DNA from: an uncultured Planctomycetota bacterium
Lineage (GTDB): Bacteria > Planctomycetota > Planctomycetia > Isosphaerales > Isosphaeraceae
DNA: 64,000 nt
Direction of reading: 5' to 3'
Assembly: GCA_963845755.1 (NCBI GenBank)
Contig: CAWJTV010000017.1
Coordinates: 1-64,000 of the forward strand
A model generated the notes under the pieces. It saw only the letters and a program-made list of their open reading frames with translations, made no database searches and was not told the origin of the DNA. Shown in pieces: positions 42,645 through 54,500 of this stretch (within the stretch, counting starts at the first letter, position 1; each line of letters starts with the position of its first letter). The position numbers and the translations under genes are program-made.

Positions 42645-42734
42645 TATCACGCGCACCACCGTCGGTGCAAGCGGGGGCTGAGATTCCCCCGTGCATAGTC
42701 GATGGGACGGGACTCGTCGCGACATGCGAGCTCG

Positions 42735-43205
42735 TCAGGGCATCGCGTTGCGGGCTTTCCAGCGCTCGTAGACCTTGATTCCATCCGGGTGAGGCTGATG
42801 GACCATCGGCATGCGCCGCTGATCCCAGGGCTTGCCGAATTCGGCGTAGAAGTTCGATAGAGTGAAATACCGCCGGTCGTCCACGTAGAACCGCGAATAG
42901 TCATCCCGGGTGGTGATGAACACAACGCGGTCGGGACTGCAATAGTACATGGCGGCGAGGCACATCGGGCAAGGGTGCGCAAGGATATAGAACTCGCAGC
43001 CGCGGAAGTCCTCGGACTGGAGCTTCGCCGACGCCTCACGAATCGCGCAGATCTCGGCGTGCGCGGTCGGGTCGTGCGTCTGCGCGACGAGATTGACGCC
43101 CTCCGCGAGGATCTGGCTGTCCTTGACAATCAGGCAGGCGAACGGCCTTCCGCCTTGCTCGACGTTGGACAAGGCAAGTTCAATCGTACGGCGTATGAAA
43201 TCCAT
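42735..43205 (-). CDS. Nucleoside/guanine deaminase (cytidine deaminase fold)
   Basis: DPTAHAE and HPCPMC zinc motifs. Confidence 0.9.
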   Translation of the reverse strand: MDFIRRTIELALSNVEQGGRPFACLIVKDSQILAEGVNLVAQTHDPTAHAEICAIREASAKLQSEDFRGCEFYILAHPCPMCLAAMYYCSPDRVVFITTRDDYSRFYVDDRRYFTLSNFYAEFGKPWDQRRMPMVHQPHPDGIKVYERWKARNAMP

Positions 43206-43558
43206 GTCGGCTCGATCCGAAAGGCGGTGGCGCTCGAGAATCGGGTACCGGACGAGCGAGAGTCGATCGCGAACGATCCACCGCGAGGCCGAGCGTCATC
43301 AACCCTCCATGACCAGTATAGGCGAGCCACCTTCGCGTGCCTACAGCGCGCGAGACTCGATCGGCCATGGGGCTTTCATAGCGCGGAGGTTCCACGACCG
43401 TCTCGCTCCCCGACTCGGAGCAGAGGCCCAGGAATCCCTCGGTAGTGCGAGCCGTCGTGCGAGCCGACATCGGGTAGCGGCTCGGAAGGCGCCTCGTCTT
43501 CCCACAATCCGATCCCCATATCCGTGGTGCACTACCCCAGACTTACCTTGCACTGGGA

Positions 43559-43831
43559 TCAATGACACGCGAGGCTTCTCCGGCTCAAGTACGCTTCAAC
43601 GTCGTACTTGGCCTCCGCCAGGCCGACTCCCGTCGCCTCGCGATGAAGCTTGATCGCGCCGATCTTGTCCCCTTGATCGGCCCGTGCTCGCGCCTCTGTC
43701 GAGAGGTTCCAGGTCTCGGTATAGTCGATTCCCAGTTTCGCGAGGATCAGATCGATCTTCTGCTCGACGCGCCGCAGACGCACTGCATCCTCATGCGAAA
43801 AATCGGACGACTGGCCAAGAATATCAATCAT
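43559..43831 (-). CDS. Small protein with ribosomal L7/L12 C-terminal-like motif
   Basis: KIGAIKLHREATGVGLAEAKYDVE. Confidence 0.75.
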   Translation of the reverse strand: MIDILGQSSDFSHEDAVRLRRVEQKIDLILAKLGIDYTETWNLSTEARARADQGDKIGAIKLHREATGVGLAEAKYDVEAYLSRRSLACH

Positions 43832-44067
43832 GGGTGTTTCCCCATCTCTCTCTGTGCACGATTGGATCCGACAGTCCATTCGTCGGATGGGCCGCGAGAT
43901 TGCCGGGAATCGCCGGTTTGGTGTCACGAATCTCGGTCATTTCCACCGCGAGCCGACTTGTGGTAGAAGCGATGCACGTGGGTCGCGACGACGACTTGAC
44001 ATGCAGAGTTCTCCCCAACACTCTAGAGTCGTCCTCCGTAGGATCCCTGCCGCCGTGCCGCACCTCT

Positions 44068-44180
44068 GGGGATTCCGAATTCCGGATTCGCGATTCCGGG
44101 TACCCGGATCATTCCCCTTCGGGAATCCGGAATCGCGAATCGGGAATCCCGATTGGGTTGCGGCCGCGGGCCGCGTTAGG
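44068..44180 (-). repeat. Heptamer-array palindromic element (second copy of the 13115-13245 family)
   Basis: GATTC/GAATC heptamer arms plus GGGTTGCGGCCGCGGGCCGCGTTAGG, the reverse-complement counterpart of CCTAACGCGGCCTTCGGCCGCAACCC. Confidence 0.75.
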
Positions 44181-44228
44181 ACATACGACCCGACAATTTG
44201 TTTGAGTCTTCCGGCGAGGAGCACCACG

Positions 44229-46287
44229 ATGGCGATGAAGCGACTGATTCTGGACACTCTGGCTCGAACGGGGATAATCGCCGTTACGGTCATGGTCATG
44301 GCAATCGCATCGGCGAACGCACAGCCTCCTCCCACACCACCGGCAGGGCCGATCGGCCGATCTCCGGTAGCCGGGACATCTTCGACCTCTTCGACCGCGA
44401 TCGCGCACAATCCTCTCGATCCTCTGGATCCAGCCGAGATTCAGACCGCCGTCGAGATCCTCCGTAAAGACAAGAGACTGCCGGACTCATTCCGGTTCGT
44501 GACCGTCACTCTGAAAGAACCTCCCAAGGAGTGGATTCTCCAACCACGATCGGAGAGCCGCTGCCCGCGCGAGGTCTTCGTGATCCTGCTGGACAATGCG
44601 GCCGGACGCGGTTATGAGGCGGTGGTCGACCTCGGCCGTCGAGCTGTGGTCCGATACGATATGCTCCCGGAGGGAGTGCAGCCTCCGATCATGATCGACG
44701 AGTTCGGCGAGTGTGAGGAGGCTGCCCGGCGGTCGCCCGAGTTCCGCGCAGCGTGCCGGAAGCGGGGGATCGAGGACTTGAGCCTCGTGATGGTCAACGC
44801 CTGGTCGGCGGGCCACTACGGGAATGAACCCCCCGAGGACCGGGGCAAGCGGCTCTGCCGCGCTTTGTGCTGGGTGCGCTCCGAGCCCAGCGATAACGGC
44901 TACGCGCGGCCGATCGAGGGACTCGTCGTGGTGATTGACCTCAACCGCAAAGAGGTCCTCCGTGTCGAGGATTTCGGCGCGATCCCCCTCCCTCCCCAGG
45001 CCGGTAACTGGGTGCGTCAGTACAACAAGGAGACCCGCACCGATCTCAAGCCCCTGGAAGTCATCCAGCCGGGAGGGTCGAGCTTCAACGTTCGCGGCCA
45101 GGAGCTCTCGTGGCAGAAGTGGAACCTGCGCATCGGCTTCAACCCGCGCGAGGGACTCGTGCTTCACACGATCCATTACGACGGACGACCCGTGCTGTAC
45201 CGCGCGTCGATCTCGGAGATGATCGTGCCCTACGCCGACCCGAAGGAATGCGCCTACCGCAAGAACGCGTTCGACCTCGGCGAGTATGGCGTGGGGATGA
45301 TGGCCAACTCGCTCGCGATGGGGTGCGATTGCCTCGGCGCCATCCGCTACTTCGACGGCCACCTCGCCGACAGTCGTGGCCGGGGCATTACCATCAAGAA
45401 TGCCATCTGCGTCCACGAGGAGGATTTCGGCATCCTCTGGAAGCATTCGGATTGGCGGACGAGCCAGTCCGAGGTCCGTCGGTGCGCACCGGTTGTCCGT
45501 ATCGATGGTCGCAACCGTGGGCAATTACGACTACGGGTTCTACTGGTACTTCTACCAGGACGGCACGATCCAGATGGAGGTGAAGCTCACGGGGATCATG
45601 AACTCGTCCGGATTGAAGTCGGGTGAAAAGCCGCGGTTCGGGACGGAGGTCGCCCCGCAGGTGAACGCCCCGAATCATCAGCACTTCTTTGGCGCACGGC
45701 TGGACTTCTCCGTCGATGGAGAAGACAACACCGTCTACGAAGTCAACACGAAAAGCGTGCCTTCCGGCCCCGAGAATCCGCACGGCAACGCGTTCTTCGC
45801 CGAGGCGACGCCCCTCTTGAAAGAGTCGGAAGCCCAGCGAACGACGAACCAGCCCTCATCGCGGTTCTGGCGAGTCGTCAACCCCGGCCGCAAGAACAGC
45901 CTGGGCCAGCCCGTCGCCTATCGTCTCTGTCCGGGTGAGAACGTCCTACCGTACGCCCTGCCCGGGGCGGCGGTGCTCCGGCGGGCGGGATTCCTCACGA
46001 AGAACCTCTGGGTCACGCCTTATGATCCCCGCGAGCGTTACCCGACCGGCGACTACCCCAATCAGAATCCCGGCGTCAACGGCCTGCCGAAGTGGACCCA
46101 GGCCGATCGTGACATCGGCGCTCGCGACCTGGTTGTCTGGTACACCTTCGGCCAGACCCACATCCCGCGAATTGAAGACTGGCCCGTCATGCCCGTGGCC
46201 TCGGTCGGCTTCTTGCTCCGGCCCGACGGCTTCTTCGATCGTAACCCGGCCCTGGACCTACCGCCGCCATCGACCGCGGCGAATTGA
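44229..46287 (+). CDS. tynA: Copper-containing primary amine oxidase (frameshift near 45485)
   Basis: TPQ motif TVGNYDY, HQH copper ligands, HIPRIEDWPVMP; N-terminal signal peptide. Confidence 0.9.
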
Positions 46288-46372
46288 GTGGGAAGTCGCC
46301 GTTGACGGCGTCATTCTCGCTTGGGGACAGGGCCTGCCGGTCGTGCTCCCGCGCGATGTTGTCGCCATGCGT

Positions 46373-49218
46373 CTACCGTCCGCCCCCGGCGGCGGGTTCG
46401 GTCAATGGATTGCCCTCCGCGTCGAGCCGCCGCACCGACTTCACGAACGGGAGAGTCTTGAGCGGCCCCTCGATTCTTGACCGGTCCCCGACGATCAGGA
46501 CCGTCATGTTGTCGGGCGTGATGTATTTCGTGGCGACGCGCTCGATGTCAACCCGATTGAGTGCCTCGATTCGGGCCTGATAGCGGTCGAGCTCGTCGTC
46601 GGGCAAGTCATAGGCGACCAGGTTGGCGAGCTGGCCGGCGACGCCGAAGGTCGTCTCGAACCGGCTGGGGAAGCCCAGGACGATCCGCTCCTTGGCGAAG
46701 GCGAGCTCGCCGTCGGTGGCGGGCCGGTTGCCGGCGATGTCGGCCAGCTCTTTGAAGATCTCGACCAGCGATTCCTTGGTCACCGTGGTCTCGACCGTGC
46801 CTCCGACTTCGAACGGTCCCGGGCCCCGGTCGAACGAGAAACCCGAGTCCACCCCGTAACTGTACCCTTTCTCAACGCGGAGGTTCCGGTTGAGCCGGCT
46901 CTCGAACTGACCGCCGAGGATCGCGTTGAGCACGACCAGGGCGGAGTAATCGAGCGAGGTTCGCGCGGCGCCGATCCGTCCGACGGTGAGGACCGACTGT
47001 GCCGCGGCCGGCTTGTCGATCAGGAAGAGGGTCCGCGACGAGTCGGGCGGCGCCAGAGGCTCGAATGAGGGTTGCGGTGGGATCTGGCCTGCCGCGCCAT
47101 GTGCCAAATCGGGCCTCGATTGCGGCTGTGATTGCATCGGGTCGCGCGTCGCCGACGATCACCAGCACGGAATTTCCCGGCACCATGATCCGCCGGTAGA
47201 ACGCAACGACATCATCGCGTGTGATCGATTTGATCGAGGTCGGCGTGCCGAGGTCGGGGCGGCCGTAAGGATGGTCGGGCCCAAAGATCAACTGGGTGAA
47301 GACCGCGGTGGCGGTCAACTCTGGGTCGTCGGTGCGCGCCTTGAGGAAGGACAGCCGCTCGATCCTTGCCCGGTCCAGGGCTTTGTCAGAGAATGAAGGA
47401 TCCCTCACCACGTCCACGAAGAGGTCGAGGGCACGGTCCTGATGTCGCGTCAAAGTCGTCAGACTGATGGCGGTCGATTCCAGTCCTCCCGAGCACGAGA
47501 GGATGGCACCGATCTCCGATAAGTCGCCGGCCAGTTGAAGCGCGGTGCGCCGCCTTCGTCCCTTCTTCGAGGAGGCTGGCGGCAAGTGAGGCCAGTCCCT
47601 CTTTCCCCTTGGGTGCGAGAGATTCTCCGGATTTCACGACCAGCTCGACCGTCACGATCGGCAGTTCATGTCGCTCGATGATTCGGAGCTCCAGGCCGTT
47701 GGAAAGTCGTCGGCGTTCGAATCGGGGAGCTCGGTAACGAGGCGTCGGACCGAGGTCGGGCATGATCGAGCGATCAAAGTTGTCCGGGATTTCCGCCAGC
47801 GGTGGAGCGGGAGAAGTCGCGGTCTGTGGATGGACCGCGGCGGCGACGGGCGGCCGGTTCGCCGCCTCGCCGGGTGAGATGTCGAGCTCGACTCGATTGG
47901 GCCCGAGATACTTCAGTGCGACGCGCCGGACGTCCTCGGGCGTGACCGCGAAGACCTTGTCCAGCTCGGTCCGATAGGCCAACGGATCGCCGAAAACCGC
48001 CTGATACTGGTTGAGCACAGCGGCCTTGCGGGCCACCGACTGGAGTCCCATGATCAGCTCGCTCTCGCGTTGGTTCTGCACCTTGCGGACCTCCAATGCG
48101 GTAGGGCCTTCGCGCCGGAGCCGCTCGATCTGGGCATCGGCGATCTTCACCAAATCGTCGAGCCGCCCATCGGAGTGGGCGGAGAGCTCAACCTCGAAGG
48201 TTCCGGCCAGCAATCGGGTTGGATGCGCGGCCGCCACGCCGGCTGCGAGCTGCCGGTCGTACATTAACTCGCGGAAGAGCCGATTCTCCTTGTCGAGCCC
48301 GCCCAGGACAGCGGCCAGCATGTCGAGCGCGGGTTCGTCCGGGTGTCCGGCGGGCACGGTGGGCCACACCAACTGGACGCGCGGCAGGCTCACCGCGTCG
48401 GTCAGTCGGATCTGCTTGGGTGCCGAGAAGCTCGGCACGGCCGGCTTGGGCGGTATGAGTCGCGGACCGCGGGGCAGCGGGCCGAAGTAGCGCGCGATCC
48501 ACGCCCGGACCTGTTCGGGAGCAAAATCACCTGCGACGCAAAGGATGGCGTTGTCGGGGGCGTAGTAAGCCTGGAAGAACGCCGACACGTCCGCCAGGCT
48601 CGCGGCCGACAGATCGGCCATCGACCCGATGACGCTGTGACGGTAGGGATGATCCTCGGGATAGAGTGCCTCCCGGATGGCCTCATCCGCCTGGCCGTAC
48701 GGCGCGTTGTCAACCGTCTCCCTCCGTTCATTCTTGACCACGTCCCGCTCCCGGTCGAGTTTCTCCTGCGTCATCGCCGGCAGCAGGAAGCCCATCCGAT
48801 CGGCCTCGAGCCAGAGGGCTCGTTCCAGCGCATTGCGGGGAACCCGCTCGTAATACTCGGTCCGGTCCTCGTCGGTCGTTGCGTTGCTCTCGGCGCCGAG
48901 CCGCTCCAGCGGTCGGGAGAAATCCTGGTTGTGGTGCTTGGAACCCAGGAACATCATGTGTTCGAACAGGTGGGCAAACCCCGTGCGGCCGGGCTTCTCG
49001 TCCTTCGACCCGACCTGGTAATAGACGTCAACAGCCGCCACGGGCGTCGTGTGGTCCTCGTGGAGCAGGACGGTCAAGCCATTCGGGAGCGTGTATTTCT
49101 CGATCTTCAGGTCGGGAATCTGGGGTTTCCTCGCTTCGTCAGCCCCCTGGACAAATCGCGTCCATAAGACAATCCCTGCCAGTGCCAGGCTGGCCCGCCG
49201 GCGCATGTTCCGACTCAT
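46373..49218 (-). CDS. M16 (pitrilysin) family zinc protease (frameshifts near 47555 and 47095)
   Basis: AGGAGG plus ATG at 49218, signal peptide, HLFEH motif, RLNRNLRVEKGYSYG. Confidence 0.9.
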
Positions 49219-49285
49219 CGAATCGAACCCTCCTTGAACGTGGTGGCTGGCCAAGCGGCTGACCGAATGGCCCGCGTCATCGGTC

Positions 49286-50799
49286 TCAGTGCCCATGCGC
49301 TGTCGCGGCCGGTTCCTCATCGGCATGCGGCCCGGGCGAATCGCTCTCGGCCTCGCCGTTTCCGGACGTCTGGCGCGGAGGAAGCCATAGAAGAACCGCA
49401 GGGCCGTCTGGAAGAAGCCTTTCTCCAGCCGGGTGGCCAGGAACTGGTCGGCCAGGCTTCGCGCCGCGCCGGCATAGGTCGGATAGATGGGAACGGCCGC
49501 GGCGATGTCGGCGAGTCCGAGGCCCTTCTCCATCGCGAGGACAAATGGCTGGAGGATCAACGCCGCCTCATCGCCGACAACGGTTACGCCCAGGATTTTT
49601 CCGCCCGGTGTCGCGAGCACCTTGGCGAAACCGGCGGTCCGCCGGTCGATCCGGGCGCGGTCGACCTCCGTGAATGGGACCCGATAGACCCGGTGATCCC
49701 GAGACTCCGCGACGGCCTGAGCCTCGGAGATCCCCACGGAGGCCACTTCCGGATCCGAGAACGTGGCCCTCGGGATCGACTCGTGGTGGAGCTTCTTGTA
49801 CTTCCGCAGCACGGCGTTCTGAAAGACAATTGCAGCCTCTTGCTCCGCCGCGTGTGCCCACTGCTCGCGCATCAGGACGTCGCCGACGGCGTAGATTCGG
49901 CTCGAGTGCGTCTGGAAATAGTCGTCCACCTCGATCCCATGCTGCGCATCCGCATGAACGCCGACTGCTTCCAAGTTGAGCCCTTCAACCTGCGCGACCC
50001 GGCCGGACTCGACCAGGATCTCCATGCTGGCCACCTCGCCAGTCGAGCCCGTGACCGTGTCGCGAAAGACACAGGCCTTCTTCCCAGATCGAACTTCGAC
50101 CTTCGCAATCTCGACGTTCAGGTGAATGGTCATTCCCTCCGCCTTCAGGACCCCAGCCAGGCATTCCGATGCTTCGAGATCCTCCTGCGGCAGGATTCGC
50201 GGGGAACTGGCCAGGATCGTCACCTGCGAGCCAAACCGCGCGAAGCTCTGGGCGAACTCGATCGCCGACGGCCCGGAACCGATCACCGTGAGGCTCTCCG
50301 GCAAGCGCTCCAGAGACCCGATCCGGATGTCATCGAGGTACCCGGCTTCGGACAGACCCGGGACCTCGGGGATGGCTGGCCGCGACCCGGTGGCGATCAC
50401 GAACCGTTGGCCGAGGACGGTCGTCGTTCCGTCGATCCGGACCGTGTCATAAGCCTCAAACGCCGCTGAACCATGGTAGATCTCGATCCCTCTCGCGCGC
50501 AGCACCTCGTCCGACTCGTCGACGGCGAAACCCTCCACGACCGATCGCACGTATTTCATCACGGCGGGGAAATCCACGTCCACCGTCCCCGTCCTCAGCC
50601 CGAATGATCCGGCCGAGCGGACCTGGCGGACGAGCTTCGCCGCTTGCACCAGCCCTTTGCTCGGCACGCAACCAGCGAGCGTTCCCTCGCCACCCAACCG
50701 CTTCTTCTCGACCAAGGCCACCCGGGCGCCCACCCTTGCGGCAGCCGTCGCGACACGCAACCCGCCCGACCCCCCGCCGATCACCACCAGGTCGTACAT
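49286..50799 (-). CDS. Pyridine nucleotide-disulfide oxidoreductase (MerA/Lpd-like), frameshift near 49380
   Basis: VIGGGSGG, GCVPSK, IATGSRP, IYAVGD; alternative frame ends ...AATAHGH-stop at 49286. Confidence 0.85.
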
Positions 50800-50893
50800 T
50801 GCTCGCTCGCTTCGATAGTAGTCAGTAGTCAGTGGTCAGTTGTCAGCAGTATAAAGGAGCAGGGAGCACGGACCAAGCACCAGGGGACCGCTA

Positions 50894-52411
50894 ATGCCCA
50901 AGAAAGTCGCCATCTTCTGGCCGGGAGATTATCGCACCAGGCCGAACGAGTGGGCGCTGGCGCAGTCGCGCGAGACGACCGACCAGTTGGTCACGGCCCT
51001 TCGGAAGCTCGGCAGATCGCCCTATGTGGTGGAGGGCTACTTGACTCGTCCCGACGAGGCGATCCGCAAGCTGGGACCGATCGACGATCCGATGATCGGC
51101 GTGTTCGTCCACTGGACGTATGCACCTCACACCGTGGACGGGGTCGTCGGGAAGGACAACCCCCTGTTGCTGGCCTCAAACTTCTCGGGCACCTGGCCGG
51201 GTCTGGTGGCGCTCTTGAACACCGGGGCCTCGCTGGAGAGCGTCGGCCGCGCGGCATCGCGGGCCTGGACCGACTCACCGAACTGGTCGGCCGACACCCG
51301 CTTTATGGATCGACTCGACGAATGGTGTACGACCGGGCAGATCCGCTACGAGACCGGAGAACTGCGCGGAGCCGGCGCCGTGTCCTCGGAGTCCGTCCAG
51401 ATCGCCGAACACGTCCTCGACGGAATCCGCCGTCGCCGCATCCTGGCGCTGATGCTCGGCGACACGTCGATGGGTATGATCAACGGCTACTTCGGTCCCC
51501 GTCTGCTGTACCGGATCGGGTTCAGCGAGCATAAGGTCGATCAGGCCTGGTTGATCGATCGGCTGCGATCGGTCGCCGATGACCGAGTAGAGCAGGCATT
51601 TCGATTCGTCCAGGACCGCGGTGTGACGTTCCACTGGCAGGAGGAAGACGCTGAGGACTTCACGGCGGCCTCGACGCGCGAGCAACTCCGCGGCTACCTG
51701 GCCGTGCTCGACTTACTCGCCGAATTCCAGGCGGATTGCCTGGGCTGGCAATACCAGCTCGGTCTCTTGAAACTGCTACCACCCAGCGATTTCGCGGAGG
51801 GTCTGTTCAACTCGCACGCACGGCCGGAGGGCGACGGCGAGGTCGTGATCACGGGCACCGAGGCCGATCAGGGTAACCTGGTGCCCATGGAACTGATGAA
51901 ACGCGTGCTCCTGGCCCGGGGCCTGCCGGCTGCGGTGATGTTCCACGACGTCCGATGGGGTGCGCGGCATGACGGTCGATTCCTCTGGGTCCTGTTGAAT
52001 TCGGGGAGCTGCGGCGCCTACGCATTCAACCACGATGTGACGAGTCTGGCGGGCGTACACAGTTACCGTCAGCCATCGGGATACTTCCCCGTGCCGGGTG
52101 GAACATTTGCCGGAGTGAGCCTGCCCGGCCCGATCACGTGGGCACGCTCCTGGATCGACCGGACCGGTCAACTCGTCATGGATCTCGGCCGTGGCGAGTC
52201 GGTCGCCTTGCCGGAGGATGTCCGCGAAGCCTGGTGGCGCGGTACCACCCGGCAGTGGCCGTTCATGGCCGCCGACCTCGGCTGCTCGATGGAAACGATC
52301 ATGGCCCATTACATGAGCAACCACATCGCCGTCGCGTATGGGGACATCTTCGGAGAGATGGTTGCGCTGTCGCAATCGCTGGGATTCCGGGTTCGGATTA
52401 TGGCCTCGTGA
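50894..52411 (+). CDS. L-fucose/L-arabinose isomerase-like protein
   Basis: LLASNFSGTWPGLV, GWQYQLG, TEADQG, MSNHIAVAYG resemble the fucose isomerase family. Confidence 0.65.
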   Translation: MPKKVAIFWPGDYRTRPNEWALAQSRETTDQLVTALRKLGRSPYVVEGYLTRPDEAIRKLGPIDDPMIGVFVHWTYAPHTVDGVVGKDNPLLLASNFSGTWPGLVALLNTGASLESVGRAASRAWTDSPNWSADTRFMDRLDEWCTTGQIRYETGELRGAGAVSSESVQIAEHVLDGIRRRRILALMLGDTSMGMINGYFGPRLLYRIGFSEHKVDQAWLIDRLRSVADDRVEQAFRFVQDRGVTFHWQEEDAEDFTAASTREQLRGYLAVLDLLAEFQADCLGWQYQLGLLKLLPPSDFAEGLFNSHARPEGDGEVVITGTEADQGNLVPMELMKRVLLARGLPAAVMFHDVRWGARHDGRFLWVLLNSGSCGAYAFNHDVTSLAGVHSYRQPSGYFPVPGGTFAGVSLPGPITWARSWIDRTGQLVMDLGRGESVALPEDVREAWWRGTTRQWPFMAADLGCSMETIMAHYMSNHIAVAYGDIFGEMVALSQSLGFRVRIMAS

Positions 52412-52556
52412 TCGACGTGAAACGTCCAGGCAGCCGGTCGGTCGGACGCTTCGGCCGAACGGGAGACTTTCATTCCGAATTCTTGCGGGGACCGGCTTTC
52501 CGATCGCAAAGAGGCTTGATACACTCAATGAATCCCCCTCGGGGATACCGAAAGGC

Positions 52557-54168
52557 ATGAAGAAGGAACCCGTGATCATGCCGTCCGCGACCTCAACTCG
52601 TGACGAATCCAATTCAGGCAAGATTCCACTAGGCTGGTACGGCTTCGGTCGGGATCCTGATCCTGGCCCTGGTTTTCGGACTCGTCGAATCGGGGCGGGT
52701 CCGGGCCCAATCGCCGGACGACACGCGACCCCCCGCAGGATCAGCCAGGAAGAGCAGCCTGGTCCGCTCGGCGCGTCCCGGCTCCATCGCCGGTACGAAG
52801 CTCTCCAGAGTTCAGGCGACGCCGTCCAGAACCTCGAAAACCGTGGCGAAGCCGCCTCCCCAGTCCACCGCACTAGTACCTCCGGCGCCCGTCGCCTCCG
52901 ACGCCAGGCGGTTCCGGATCCGCGACGATCTGGGGCAATGTGTCGTGGCGCGCCAGTACGGCGAATATCAGGGCAAGACGGCGCTTCTCCAGCCGGACGG
53001 CCAGATCGGCATCTGGAGCACGCTCGTCCCGACCGACAAGCCGTTCGTACCCGTGACGAGCGACGACTTGCGGAAGCGATTGCAAGCGGGCCCTTACGCC
53101 GAATACCAGGTGCTGACCACGCAGCACTACGTGATCTTCTATCAATGTAAACACACCTACGCCGAGCAAAGTGGCCGCTTGCTGGAGGACCTGTACCGGG
53201 GCTTGATTGAAGTCTGCCTGAAGCATGAGATCCCGGTCCACGAGACGGAATTCCCCCTGGTGGCGGTGATCTTCGCGACCGAGCGCAACTTCCGGGCCCA
53301 CAAGCAGGTAGAGCCGGAGGTGCAGGCGTATTACGAGATCTTCACCAACCGGATCTTCTTCTACGAGCAGTCGGACCTCGACAAGAACAATCCCAGGATC
53401 TCGTACCTGCGTAAGCCGCAAACCGTGGCCCATGAGGGGGCACATCAGATCCTGGCGAACATTGGGGTGCAACCCCGGCTCAGCGCGTGGCCCTTATGGC
53501 TGATCGAGGGACTGGCCGAGTATTGCGCGACGCCGGCCCACACGAAAAAAGGGCTCGTCTGGGACAAACTGGGGATGATCAACTCCTTGCACATGGCGAC
53601 GCTTCGCGAACTGGCGGACCCGCTCGCGAACGAGGTCGATGTTCACGAACACGCTGCCAGACCCGTCCGCCGGGATCGCTTCCTGGTCCAGGCTGAATCC
53701 CTGGTCCCCAAAGATCGCCTGACACCCACGGACTATGCTCAGGCCTGGGCGTTGACGCACTACCTGGCCCTGAGACGCGGCGGCGACTTCGTCCGGTTCC
53801 TCAAGGCGATGAGCCAGGTGCCGCCTCTGGTGCCGCGTACGCCAAAGGACCACCTGGAAGAGTTCCGCAAGTTCTTCGGAGACGACCTGGTCAAGATCGA
53901 CAAGGAAGCAGACAAGCACATCCGTAAGATCAGTATGGACAAGAGATACGACCCGCTCCTCTATTATGCGGTCATTTTCGAACAACCGCTCGGCGGCGGG
54001 ATGGTCCGCCGTGCGGCCTGGATCAGCCAGTCGCCCCAGATGATCGAGCAATGGGTGGAACAGATGACTTCACCCATGGGCGGCATCCGCCAATGGCAAG
54101 CCTTCTCCTATCCGACGAAAACCCAGGCCACCGTAGCTGCCGAGCAATGGATGAGAAGCAACCAGTAA
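52557..54168 (+). CDS. DUF1570 domain (HExxH) protein; probable frameshift near 52630
   Basis: TVAHEGAHQ and PLWLIEGLAEY. The frame extends upstream into a signal-like VGILILALVFGLV segment. Confidence 0.8.
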
Positions 54169-54312
54169 TCCCGATCGCCAGCATCCGCACGGCTCACCGA
54201 TCATTCACGAGTCCACCGACCCATGTCGGACTGGTCAGATCGACCAGAACACGCTATCATTAACCGAGTCGCGGAGCGGTTTTCCCCAGAGAACTGACGA
54301 GTCATACCGCAA

Positions 54313-54385
54313 GGGGACGTAGCTCAATTGGGAGAGCGCCTGGTTTGCAACCAGGAGGTTGCCGGTTCGATCCCGGTCGTCTCCA
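54313..54385 (+). tRNA. tRNA-Ala (anticodon TGC)
   Basis: Acceptor GGGGACG/CGTCTCC with G3:U70; anticodon arm CCTGG-TTTGCAA-CCAGG; GGTTCGA T-loop; CCA not encoded. Confidence 0.97.
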
Positions 54386-54500
54386 CTCATCATAAGTCCC
54401 AGTTTTTCTTCGGCTTGCGTAGGCTGATTTGACTGGCGACACAGAATTACCCCTGGAAGAAAAACCGGTAACGAAGCCGGTAGAACCAGGGGTTACATCC

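Noticed and set aside
43559..43831. Ribosomal protein gene rplL
   Set aside because: Too short, lacks the N-terminal dimerisation region, and is not in a ribosomal operon.
47386..50799. 1137-aa oxidoreductase-M16 protease fusion in the ORF track
   Set aside because: One indel near 49380 gives a natural stop at 49286, and the protease has its own RBS, ATG and signal peptide at 49218.
50815..50885. Short 7-mer tandem runs (AGTGGTC-type, CAGGGAG-type), also AAAACTG-type runs near 22865-22932
   Set aside because: Short, degenerate intergenic repeats with no further structure I can support.
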